Positions 39,533 through 48,729 of a stretch of DNA of 64,000 nucleotides are shown piece by piece. The translations under genes and the position numbers were made by a program. The stretch is from Clostridia bacterium (lineage in GTDB: Bacteria; Bacillota; Clostridia; Saccharofermentanales; UBA5734), in assembly GCA_040772685.1 (NCBI GenBank), contig JAXGXQ010000002.1, positions 48,798 through 112,797 of the forward strand, written 5' to 3'. Numbering within the stretch: position 1 is the stretch's first letter; each line of letters opens with the position of its first letter. The notes beneath the pieces are model-generated. The model was not told where the DNA came from. It ran no database searches and worked only from the letters and a program-made list of their open reading frames with translations.

Positions 39533-40962
39533 TCTGTCATCAATCCTATATAGTCCTCAAGATTTTCACAGAGTGCCTTAAGGAACCGGGCAGCCGGAGC
39601 GCCATCCACAGCCCGGTGATCGAAGGTCAGTGAGAGGTTGATAGCAGGGTAATGGCTGTATTCGCCATTCTCGAAGCGTGTCTTGTAATCAATACTGCCG
39701 ATGCCGATAATCGCTGTCTGGGGCGGAGCGATTATCGGAGTGAAAGCTTCAATGCGCAGAGCCCCCAGATTAGTTGTGGTAAAGGTGGCGCCGCTCAACA
39801 TTTGCGGGGTGGCTTTGCCTTCCTGGCAGGCTTTTGCCAGTTCTTTGCTGGTAGCGGCGATCTGCCGCAGGCTAAGCTTGTTGGCATTAAATACCGTCGG
39901 TACAAGTAAACCGTTTTTAGTATCAACCGCAACACCAAGATGCACATCATGGAAAATAGTGGTGGTTTCAGAATTGAAATGAGCGTTCAGGGCTGGGAAA
40001 TCAAGAATTGTTCTTGAAACCGCGAAGTTGATCATATCATTTACGGTAATATTTACCGGTTCTTTAGCAGCTGGATTGTTTTTCGCGGCATTGGCAGCCG
40101 CGGCAGCACGAGCCTTGATCCGTTCACGCACCGCCAGCAAAGAAGTAGCATCAAAACTCGCGAACACGGTGAGCTGTGCCATTTGTTGCAGAGAATCGTG
40201 CATATTGCGAGCGATTGTTTTGCGGATATTGCTGTTCTTAACAATTGTGAAAGGCTCGCCACTAGCCGCCGGAATGCCTGAAACAGCTGCGGCACCAGCG
40301 ATAGTAGCCAGAGCAGCCGGTTGCATTACAGCCAAAGCAGAAGGCTCACCCGCAGCAGCCGCAAGTACATCATCGCGTAGGATTCGACCCTCCGGACCAG
40401 TACCAGCAACTCTGGATAAATCGACGCCTTTTTCAGCGGCTACCGCCTTCGCTTTCGGTGAAGCAAAAACCCGGCCTCCGGCTGCATGGGCCGGTAGCTC
40501 GATAACCCCTGCCGGGGCTGTGACAGGTGTAACTGCCTGTGCTGCCTGAACAATTTGAGCAGCTTCCTGAGCAGGCTGGACTGCTTGTGCAGCTTGTGCA
40601 GGCTGAACCGCTTGAGCAATTTGAGCTGTCGGAGCAGCGGGAACTGTCGTCGCAACCTGAGCAGCCGGTTCAGCAGGAGTGGCTGCTGGGGTGCCGGCGC
40701 CGGCAGGTGCGTCAAATTTTTCACCTGGCTCGCCGATTACTGCTACAAGCTGCTGGATCGGAATCTCATCGCCTTCCTCACCATAGGTAGCCAGCACAAC
40801 ACCGGCCGATTCGCTTTCAATGCTAAACACGGCTTTGCCGGTTTCAATATCAAAAATGTAGTCGCCCTTCTTAACCTTATCACCTGTTTTTACGTGCCAG
40901 GCGGCCAAGATAGCGCTTTCTTCTGTTAAGCCTTTTTGCGGCATCAGAATATATTCAGCCAT
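39529..40962 (-). CDS. Dihydrolipoamide acyltransferase (E2), cluster A
   Basis: Lipoyl domain IETGKA, one subunit-binding domain (ASPKAK..GTGPEGRI), catalytic DHRAVDG. Confidence 0.93.
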   Translation of the reverse strand: MAEYILMPQKGLTEESAILAAWHVKTGDKVKKGDYIFDIETGKAVFSIESESAGVVLATYGEEGDEIPIQQLVAVIGEPGEKFDAPAGAGTPAATPAEPAAQVATTVPAAPTAQIAQAVQPAQAAQAVQPAQEAAQIVQAAQAVTPVTAPAGVIELPAHAAGGRVFASPKAKAVAAEKGVDLSRVAGTGPEGRILRDDVLAAAAGEPSALAVMQPAALATIAGAAAVSGIPAASGEPFTIVKNSNIRKTIARNMHDSLQQMAQLTVFASFDATSLLAVRERIKARAAAAANAAKNNPAAKEPVNITVNDMINFAVSRTILDFPALNAHFNSETTTIFHDVHLGVAVDTKNGLLVPTVFNANKLSLRQIAATSKELAKACQEGKATPQMLSGATFTTTNLGALRIEAFTPIIAPPQTAIIGIGSIDYKTRFENGEYSHYPAINLSLTFDHRAVDGAPAARFLKALCENLEDYIGLMTE

Positions 40963-40984
40963 ACTGTATCACCTCATCTTCAAC

Positions 40985-41725
40985 TCAGCGGATATATAGT
41001 CCGCCGTTAACGTCGATAACTGCGCCGGTAATGTAATCGGAGTATTCGGAACTCAGGAAATATACCGCCTTCGCCACATCGAGGGGCGTACCCAGACGCA
41101 GCATCGGTACTGAATTCGGGTCATCACGGCCGCGGGTCATATCGGTTTCGATGTAGCCGGGAGCAATCGCGTTGCAATTGATGTTATGCGGAGCACAATA
41201 CAGGGCGTAGGCCTTGGCCAGCGCCAGCGCGCCGCCTTTAGAAGCGCTGTAGCTGGGAGCCACTTTCGGGCTGCCCATTTCGCCGGCACGCGACGACATA
41301 AACACAATTTTACCACTGCCCTGGCCGATCATTCTTTTCAGGCAGGCCTGCGTGCAAAGCTGCATACCGCGCAAGTTGATATCGAGCACATTGTCCCAGC
41401 GTTCAACTGTCAAATCGAGCATTGGTGTATTGTCAACTATGCCGGCGTTATTGACCAGAATATCGATTTTGCCATAACGGTCAAATACAGTTTGGACCAA
41501 AGCTTCGACTGATTGTGGCTCTTTGACATTTACTTCAACCGCGAAGGCTTCCAGGCCGTCAGCCCGCAACTCCTCGCTGGAGCTTTCGGCTTGTTCAGCC
41601 AACAGGTCCGCGATCACGACAGTAGCACCGTGTTCAGCCAGGATTTTCGCTGAAGCTAGCCCGATACCGCGGGCACCGCCGGTGATAATCGCTACCTTGC
41701 CATCTAAATCAGAATATTTCTGCAT
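40985..41725 (-). CDS. SDR family oxidoreductase, cluster A
   Basis: TGGARGIG, NNAG, YSASK. Confidence 0.92.
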   Translation of the reverse strand: MQKYSDLDGKVAIITGGARGIGLASAKILAEHGATVVIADLLAEQAESSSEELRADGLEAFAVEVNVKEPQSVEALVQTVFDRYGKIDILVNNAGIVDNTPMLDLTVERWDNVLDINLRGMQLCTQACLKRMIGQGSGKIVFMSSRAGEMGSPKVAPSYSASKGGALALAKAYALYCAPHNINCNAIAPGYIETDMTRGRDDPNSVPMLRLGTPLDVAKAVYFLSSEYSDYITGAVIDVNGGLYIR

Positions 41726-41784
41726 GTTGTTCCCCCAAATTCGGCATTTGCTGCTTAGTACAAATAATCAGGTTGTATCCCGAC

Positions 41785-44259
41785 CTAAATACCAAGTTTT
41801 TCAATCCGCAGTTTTTCGTCATTGGTTGCGCGGGTTGTCGCTACATGGCCCGGCAGTTTAACAATGCGGGCATCGATGGCGTCAAGAATCCAGTTTTCCT
41901 GCGGGAAGAAGAATTTTTCCAGCTCCGGACTGGGGGAGACCCAGTTGTGGGCGCCCAGAGTTACCGGCGGCGCATCAAGGTGGTCGAAGGCCAGTTCGGT
42001 AATGTTACTGGCGATAGTTTTAATGTAGTTGCCGCGCTCGGCACCGTCACTTAGGATAATGATCCTGTTGGTTTTGCGGACAGATTCCAAAACCGTCTCG
42101 TAATCGAAGGGTACAAGTGTACGGGCGTCGATCACTTCGGCTTCAAGGTTGTACTTTTCGCTTAGTGTTTTAGCAGCAGCCAGGGCTGGAATCAGTGTAG
42201 GGCCAAGCGTCAGGAAGGTGATATCCTTGCCGGGGCGTTTAATGTCAGCAACACCCAGCGGGACTTCATAGTATTCTGCTGGCACCCCGCCCTGATGGAA
42301 CTGTTCGCCCATGTCGTAGAGCTTCTGGCTCTCAAAATAAATTACAGGATCACTGGAGCAAAGGGCTGAATTTAGAAGTCCCTTGGCGTCGTAGGGTGAA
42401 GCGGGGTAAACAATTTTCAGACCCGGTACGTGAGCGCAAAGTGAAGTCCAGTCCTGCGAATGCTGCGCGCCATAGAAAGCTCCGATCGAGATGCGGACTG
42501 TGCACGGCATCTTAAGCAAACCGGCGCTCATGCCCTGCCATTTTGCCAGCTGATTGAAAAGCTCGTCGGCACAACGGCCAAGGAAATCGCCCCACATAAT
42601 TTCCGGCACCGCGCGGCCGCCGCACATGGCATAGCCGACTCCGGCAGAAATAATTGATGACTCGGCGATCGGCGCGTTGAACAGGCGATGACGCGGTACG
42701 GATTCATACAAGCCCTGCAAGACACCGAAAGAGTTGCCGTGCTCACGCACATCTTCGCCAAACAGAATCATGGTTGGATCTTCATAGAATTTATCTAGCA
42801 AGGCTTCGTAGATGGCATCCCGATAGGAAACTACTTTAATAGCCGGCAGTGGATTGCCGTTTTCGTCAAGACCAGTGCGCGATTTTTTACTTATCCGCTT
42901 CAGACGTGAGTTTTCGGACTTTTCACCGATTACTTCCGGCGTGCCCTCACCCAGGGTACGGTTGTATTCATTAGAGTACATATAGCGGGCGATTGCGTCC
43001 GGTTCTTTTTCCAGATCCATCCGCGGTGAGCGTTTAAGATCAATGGCTTCGATCAGGATGCGGGTTATGCGCTCTTTAAAAGATTCCTCTTTGGCCTGTG
43101 CTTCAGCATCGCTTTGCAAGCCTTCTGCGGCCAGATCAGCCTGCAGGGTCGCGATCGAATCCTCGGCATACCAGCAATCCATTTCTTCTTTGGTACGGTA
43201 GGCGTTCTGGTCGGTTACAGAGTGACCGGTATGGCGGTAGGTTAAGGTATCGATCAAAACCGGGCCTTGATTTTTAAGGATAAGTTCCTTCTTACGGCGG
43301 AAAGCGTCAATTACGGCGAATACATTGTAGCCGTCAATGCGCTCGGCATGCATCTGTTCCGGATTAATCGCCGCACCAACCCTCACCAGTGCCTCATAGC
43401 CCATGGTTTCACCGTATGTCTGGCCGCTCATGGCGTAGAAGTTGTTCATGTAATTAAAGATAATCGGCAGGCCGCCTTTATACTCGTCGGCCCAGAGCTC
43501 ACGATACTGGCCCATGGCAGCAAAGTTGAACGACTCCCAGGCGGCGCCAGTGCTGAGAGAACCGTCGCCGCTGTTAACTACAATTATGCCCGGCTTTTTT
43601 TGCAGCTTTTTATAAAGTGCAGCACCGTTGGCGATGATGCCGGCGGCGCCGACAATCGCATTATTAGGATAAATGCCAAAAGGAGTGAAGAAGACGTGCA
43701 TCGAGTTGCCCAGACCACCGGTGAAACCGATTTCGCGTCCGAACAGCTCAGTCATAAATCCATAGAGGAAGTAGTCCATAGCCAGCTCGCGGATATTATC
43801 CTTATGAGGCGAAAAAGCTTCGACATTACGCAGTAAAGCGCCACCGCGGAAATCTGCCATAATTTGATAAAGAGTTTCTTCATCAAGCCGGCGAATGGCG
43901 GAAAATGCCCGGGCCAGAACCTCACCATGGCTGCGATGAGTGCCGAAGGTAAAGTCGTTGATGTCAAGGGCATAGGCCTGGCCAACAGCAGAGGCTTCCT
44001 GGCCGATGGAAAGATGGGCCGGACCGGTGTAGGAGTATTCGATGCCGTTATAAACCTTGACTGTACGGATACCCGCCAACATTGTTTCGAACTCCCGGAT
44101 CAGACGCATGTCGTCAAAGAGCGATACCAGATCAGCTGCCGGGAATTCGGATTTAACTTCTGGCAGACGCTTTTGATATGTGTTCAGGGGAATATCTTTC
44201 AACGGCAGGGTGCCGCTGCAGCGGACATGTTCAGGTCGGATAATTTGAGACTTAGGCAT
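41785..44259 (-). CDS. Fused E1 alpha/beta TPP-dependent dehydrogenase, cluster A
   Basis: HLSIGQEA, THRSHG, SMH, GDG..MNN, TYRHTGHS, followed by beta-type FGEDV, PIAES, HSQ, D.RTLVPFD. Confidence 0.92.
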   Translation of the reverse strand: MPKSQIIRPEHVRCSGTLPLKDIPLNTYQKRLPEVKSEFPAADLVSLFDDMRLIREFETMLAGIRTVKVYNGIEYSYTGPAHLSIGQEASAVGQAYALDINDFTFGTHRSHGEVLARAFSAIRRLDEETLYQIMADFRGGALLRNVEAFSPHKDNIRELAMDYFLYGFMTELFGREIGFTGGLGNSMHVFFTPFGIYPNNAIVGAAGIIANGAALYKKLQKKPGIIVVNSGDGSLSTGAAWESFNFAAMGQYRELWADEYKGGLPIIFNYMNNFYAMSGQTYGETMGYEALVRVGAAINPEQMHAERIDGYNVFAVIDAFRRKKELILKNQGPVLIDTLTYRHTGHSVTDQNAYRTKEEMDCWYAEDSIATLQADLAAEGLQSDAEAQAKEESFKERITRILIEAIDLKRSPRMDLEKEPDAIARYMYSNEYNRTLGEGTPEVIGEKSENSRLKRISKKSRTGLDENGNPLPAIKVVSYRDAIYEALLDKFYEDPTMILFGEDVREHGNSFGVLQGLYESVPRHRLFNAPIAESSIISAGVGYAMCGGRAVPEIMWGDFLGRCADELFNQLAKWQGMSAGLLKMPCTVRISIGAFYGAQHSQDWTSLCAHVPGLKIVYPASPYDAKGLLNSALCSSDPVIYFESQKLYDMGEQFHQGGVPAEYYEVPLGVADIKRPGKDITFLTLGPTLIPALAAAKTLSEKYNLEAEVIDARTLVPFDYETVLESVRKTNRIIILSDGAERGNYIKTIASNITELAFDHLDAPPVTLGAHNWVSPSPELEKFFFPQENWILDAIDARIVKLPGHVATTRATNDEKLRIEKLGI

Positions 44260-44377
44260 GGCTCTTTTCCTCCTCAGTTTTGCATGGGAAATATGATCTC
44301 AAGTTCAGGTTAGCATAACCCCTGGTTGAAAGACAGGTTCTAATAGCATGATTTACTTATAACTTTTTACTCAAATG

Positions 44378-44470
44378 TAGAATATAGAATTATTTAGCGT
44401 AATCTTTGGTGAGTTTGTAAAGTGAAATGGTCTGACCTTTATACAACTGAACCAATATTATTGCTATAAT
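44378..44470. promoter_or_regulatory. Divergent control region with two candidate GntR-family operators and an extended -10
   Basis: TAGAATA-TAGAATT direct repeat (44378-44391), TGGTCTGACC FadR-type site (44428-44437), TGcTATAAT (44462-44470). Confidence 0.55.
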
Positions 44471-44511
44471 AAACTGACAAGAATTGATCTTGCTCAGAGG
44501 AGAAAAGTTAC

Positions 44512-45198
44512 ATGCTTGAACCAGTAAAAAGATCACGTTTGTATGAAGAAATTGTCAAGCAGTTAACCGACTTGATCAACAGCGGTGATCTTAAACCCGG
44601 CGACCGGCTGCCAACAGAACGCGCTTTGGCAGCTGAACTCAGAGTCAGCCGCACAGCTATCCGCGAAGCTCTGCGAGCCCTTGAGCTGATGGGATTTATT
44701 GAATCCCGGGTTGGAGAAGGTACTTTCGTGCGGGAAATTACAATGAGAAATGTTATCGAACCGTTTTCCACCTTGCTTTCACAAGATGTCCAGCTTGTCG
44801 GTGACCTTATAGAAGTGCGGATGATTCTCGAACCAGAGGTTGCCCGTCTTGCTGCCCGCAGGGTAACACCGGAAAAGGCTGAGGTTATAGAAGCGGCACT
44901 CGAAACAATGGCTGCGGAAATCGCCAGCGATCAGCTGGGCATTGTTGGAGACAACGCTTTTCATGATGCCCTGGCTGCCGCCACCGAAAACAACGCGCTG
45001 TCGCGGATACTAAACCTTTGTTCTGACTTGATGCAAAGCAGCCGTGAAGCAGCGTTGTCCAGTATGAAAGACCGCCGCGTCGGGTTAGCGCACCACCAAG
45101 AAATTTACAACGCTGTAATTGAGCGCGACGAAGAATTGGCTGCCTCCCTGATGAGGCATCACTTGGATGAAGCCTATAAGAATGTAAAAGGTGAATAG
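44512..45198 (+). CDS. FadR/GntR family regulator (PdhR/LutR-like)
   Basis: LKPGDRLPTER.LA..L.VSRTAIREAL..GEGTFV followed by FCD. Confidence 0.93.
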   Translation: MLEPVKRSRLYEEIVKQLTDLINSGDLKPGDRLPTERALAAELRVSRTAIREALRALELMGFIESRVGEGTFVREITMRNVIEPFSTLLSQDVQLVGDLIEVRMILEPEVARLAARRVTPEKAEVIEAALETMAAEIASDQLGIVGDNAFHDALAAATENNALSRILNLCSDLMQSSREAALSSMKDRRVGLAHHQEIYNAVIERDEELAASLMRHHLDEAYKNVKGE

Positions 45199-45244
45199 GA
45201 TAATCTGCCGCTGCAGCATGGGACGGTATACCCGGAGGTAAAAC

Positions 45245-46210
45245 ATGATCGAAAGAGAAAGACTGATCCAAATTTACGCAACAATGAACGATATCCGGAG
45301 GTTTGAAGAAAAGGCGCTTAGCCTGTTTGAAGAAAACAAGCTCCGCGGCTCGGTTCACCTCTACATCGGCGAGGAAGCAATCGCCGCCACCGTCTGTTCG
45401 CTCCTCAGCGACAAAGACTATATTTCCAGCACCCATCGTGGCCATGGGCATGCCATTGCCAAAGGTGCGCGGCTGGACAGGGCCATGGCTGAGCTGATGG
45501 GCAAAGCGACCGGTTACTGCAAAGGCCGCGGCGGGTCAATGCACATAGCTGATTTCACCAAGGGTAATCTAGGCGCCAACGCCATAGTCGGCGGCGGCAT
45601 TCCGATTGCTGTCGGCGCTGCTCTGGCTACAAAAATGCGCGGCGGCAATGAAGTGACAGTGGCTTTCTTTGGTGACGGTGCTTCCAACGAAGGCACCTTC
45701 CACGAAGCGATCAATCTGGCTGCTGTTTGGGACCTGCCGATTATTTTTGTCTGTGAAAACAACCTTTACGGCATATCCTGCCATATCAGTGAAAGCACAT
45801 CTGTGGTCGATATCGGCACTGAAAGGGCAGGCGCTTACGGTATCCCCGGCTATTCAATTGACGGTAACGATGTTTTTGCGATTGACGAAACCATGCAAAA
45901 GGCGATTGCCCACGCCAAAGCCGGCAAAGGCCCCTCACTGGTTGAATGCAAAACATATCGGCATGTTGGCCACTGGACGGGTGACCCACAGGTTTACCGC
46001 ACTCGTCAGGAAGTGGAAGAATGGAAACAGAAGGATCCGATCAAGCGCTTACGCGAATATTTGCTGGCAAACAAGGTCCTGACTGAGGCAGAAATTGCTG
46101 AATTGGAACAAAAGAGTGTTGACGCGGTTGAGGCTGCAACTAAGTTTGCACTTGAGAGCCCCGAGCCGGACCCCGCTCACGTTATGGACGACGTCTTTTT
46201 CGTTGGTTAA
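45245..46210 (+). CDS. E1 alpha subunit, acetoin/pyruvate dehydrogenase family (AcoA-like), cluster B
   Basis: HLYIGEEA, STHRGHGH, GRGGSMH, FGDGASNEG..ENN, TYR..GH. Confidence 0.92.
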   Translation: MIERERLIQIYATMNDIRRFEEKALSLFEENKLRGSVHLYIGEEAIAATVCSLLSDKDYISSTHRGHGHAIAKGARLDRAMAELMGKATGYCKGRGGSMHIADFTKGNLGANAIVGGGIPIAVGAALATKMRGGNEVTVAFFGDGASNEGTFHEAINLAAVWDLPIIFVCENNLYGISCHISESTSVVDIGTERAGAYGIPGYSIDGNDVFAIDETMQKAIAHAKAGKGPSLVECKTYRHVGHWTGDPQVYRTRQEVEEWKQKDPIKRLREYLLANKVLTEAEIAELEQKSVDAVEAATKFALESPEPDPAHVMDDVFFVG

Positions 46211-46231
46211 GCAGTCAGGAGGAAATTAATT

Positions 46232-47212
46232 ATGAGTATCAAAACATATTCCCAGGCCATTCGTGATTGCATTGCTGAAGAAATGCGCAGGGACGAAACT
46301 GTATTCATCATGGGTGAGGATATTGCCAAACAGGGCGGCATTTTCGGCTGCACACGCGGGCTGCTCGATGAATTCGGTGCCGAGCGGGTGCGGATTACTC
46401 CGATTTCTGAAGCTGGCTTTGTCGGTGCCGGTGTTGGCGCTGCCTGTGCCGGCATGCGTCCAATAGTTGAACTGATGTACATGGACTTTACCTATGTGGC
46501 CATGGACCAGCTGCTTAATCAGGCCGCTAAAACCCGCTATGTGTTTGGCGGTCAGGCCAAAGTTCCCCTGGTTATCCGCGGGCAGCAGGGTGTGGGCCGT
46601 GGCAACGCTGCCACGCATTCGCAGTGCACCGAAGGCATCTTCATGCATATTCCGGGCATGAAAGTGGCAATGCCTTCCAGCCCTGCCGATGCTGCCGGTT
46701 TGCTGCGCACCGCTATCCGCGACGACAACCCGATTATGTTCTATGAACACAAAGCGCTTTATAACATGAAGGGTGAAGTGCCGGACAACCCTGATTTTGC
46801 TGTTCCATTCGGGCAAGCAAATATTTTGCGCGCAGGTAATGACGTCACCATTATCGGCACTCACTTGTACGTCCAGCAGGCTATGAACGCAGCTGCTGAG
46901 CTGGAAAAAGAAGGTATCAGCTGCGAAGTAATTGACCCGCGCACTCTGGTACCACTCGACCTCGACACCATGGTCGCGTCTGTCAAAAAGACAGGACGCT
47001 GTGTGCTAGTACATGAAGCACACCGCAATGCCGGCCCCGGTGCTGAAATCGCTGCCTCCATTACTGAACAGGCATTTAAGTATTTAGATGCCCCTGTCGC
47101 CCGCCTGGGCGCAAAAGCCTGCCCGCTGCCGTTTAACCTCGGCCTGGAAAACGCCGTTGTACCGCAGGAAGCAGACATTCTGCAGGCAGTCCGTTCCGTT
47201 TTGTACCGCTGA
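46232..47212 (+). CDS. E1 beta subunit (AcoB-like), cluster B
   Basis: MGEDI, TPISE, GMRPIVE, HSQ, EHK, IDPRTL. Confidence 0.93.
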   Translation: MSIKTYSQAIRDCIAEEMRRDETVFIMGEDIAKQGGIFGCTRGLLDEFGAERVRITPISEAGFVGAGVGAACAGMRPIVELMYMDFTYVAMDQLLNQAAKTRYVFGGQAKVPLVIRGQQGVGRGNAATHSQCTEGIFMHIPGMKVAMPSSPADAAGLLRTAIRDDNPIMFYEHKALYNMKGEVPDNPDFAVPFGQANILRAGNDVTIIGTHLYVQQAMNAAAELEKEGISCEVIDPRTLVPLDLDTMVASVKKTGRCVLVHEAHRNAGPGAEIAASITEQAFKYLDAPVARLGAKACPLPFNLGLENAVVPQEADILQAVRSVLYR

Positions 47213-47242
47213 CTCGCCGTTTAGTAAGGAGGCAGAAAACCA

Positions 47243-48640
47243 ATGGCAACTAAAGTTATTATGCCCAAGCAGGGCTTGCAGATGACCGAAGGAACTATCA
47301 CTCGCTGGCTGGTTTCTGAAGGCGGACAAGCCGAACAGGATCAGCCACTGTTTGAAATGGAAACAGATAAGCTTACTATCGAAATTATGGCTCCAGCCAG
47401 CGGCACGCTGCTCAAGGTGCTTTACGCAGAAGGCGAAACCATTCCCATTACTGAAACCATCGCGATTATTGGCGAACCCGGCGAAGACATCGCGCCCCTT
47501 CTGACTGATTCTAAAGCAGCTACAGGTGCCAGCGAAACTGAAGCTGAAGCTGCAACTGAACCGGCAGCTGCCGACAGCACGGCCTTGCCTGCCGCAGCCG
47601 TGACTGGTGCCGCTGCTGAAGCAGCCGCGCCGGCAGCAGGAGAAAAGGTGTACGTTACACCGCGCGCCCGCACCAAGGCTGAGGAAGCCGGAATCGATCC
47701 GAACCGGATTGCAGGCAGCGGACCGGAGGGGCTGGTTATTGAACGTGATATTCTGGCTGCTGCGTCCCTGGCGCCAAAGGCTACACCTGTTGCCCGCCGT
47801 ATCGCCGAGCTGAACCAAGTGGATCTGGCAGCTGTCGCAGGTGGCGGACCGGGCGGCAAAATCATGAAAGCCGATGTTCAGGCAGTTCTGTCCCACCCTG
47901 AAGCCCAACAGACAACTGTAGCTGCGGCTGCAGCAACTGGCGGCGACCGCGGCACACGCGCTGCGCGTGGGGAAAGGCTGATGCCGATGTCCGGCATGCG
48001 CAAGGTTATTGCCGAGCGGATGTTTACCAGCCTGCAGACAATGGCCCAGGCCAACCATCGCATGAAAGTTGACATGAGCGAAATTATCCGTTTCCGGGAA
48101 AAGCTCAAGGCCGCGGATATCAAAGTATCGTTTACGGACATTATTGTCCGCTGTGTCACCATGGCCCTCAAGGATTTCCCGATTGTCAACGCCTCACTGA
48201 CTGAACAAGGTATCCTGTACAAGGATTATGTCAACATGGGTATAGCGGTCGCGGTTGAAAACGGCTTACTGGTACCGGTTATCAAGGATGCTGACCTGAT
48301 GAATCTGGCAGAAATCGCTGCGGCTTCAGCAGAGCTGATTGCAAAAGCCCAAAATGGTACGCTGGCGCCTGACGATTACACAGGCGGCACCTTTACGATT
48401 ACCAATTTGGGTATGTTTGACATCGACGAATTCACCGCTATTGTCAACCCGCCTGAGAGCGCCATTCTGGCAATTGGCAAAATCAACCGGGTTCCTGTTG
48501 CGGTTGGCGAAGAAGTTGTCATCCGACCCGTCATGACGCTCAGCCTGAGCTACGATCACCGTACGATCGATGGCGCGCCGGCAGCCCGGTTCCTGCAGCG
48601 GGTGAAGCAAATTTTGCAAAACCCATACCTGCTGATTTAA
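47243..48640 (+). CDS. Dihydrolipoamide acyltransferase (E2), cluster B, with two subunit-binding domains
   Basis: METDKL lipoyl site; TPRAR..GSGPEG and ATPVAR..GGGPGGKI; DHRTIDG. Confidence 0.93.
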   Translation: MATKVIMPKQGLQMTEGTITRWLVSEGGQAEQDQPLFEMETDKLTIEIMAPASGTLLKVLYAEGETIPITETIAIIGEPGEDIAPLLTDSKAATGASETEAEAATEPAAADSTALPAAAVTGAAAEAAAPAAGEKVYVTPRARTKAEEAGIDPNRIAGSGPEGLVIERDILAAASLAPKATPVARRIAELNQVDLAAVAGGGPGGKIMKADVQAVLSHPEAQQTTVAAAAATGGDRGTRAARGERLMPMSGMRKVIAERMFTSLQTMAQANHRMKVDMSEIIRFREKLKAADIKVSFTDIIVRCVTMALKDFPIVNASLTEQGILYKDYVNMGIAVAVENGLLVPVIKDADLMNLAEIAAASAELIAKAQNGTLAPDDYTGGTFTITNLGMFDIDEFTAIVNPPESAILAIGKINRVPVAVGEEVVIRPVMTLSLSYDHRTIDGAPAARFLQRVKQILQNPYLLI

Positions 48641-48648
48641 ATTCAACT

Positions 48649-48686
48649 CCTGCCTGACATAGCACATTCGACAGGCAGGGTTTTTT
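48649..48686 (+). terminator. Intrinsic terminator-like hairpin between E2 and E3
   Basis: cctgcctg / caggcagg stem followed by gT6. Confidence 0.65.
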
Positions 48687-48729
48687 CTGCAAACACAAGA
48701 TTATTTTACGTAACGGAAGGAAAGTGAAC

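Noticed and set aside
40530-40700. AQAVQPAQ repeats in E2
   Set aside because: Ordinary Ala/Pro/Gln linker between the lipoyl and subunit-binding domains.
47084-48058. 324-aa antisense ORF over E2, and similar shadows at 3108..3821, 13597..14339 and 34325..35038
   Set aside because: They overlap well-supported genes on the other strand and are explained by codon bias.
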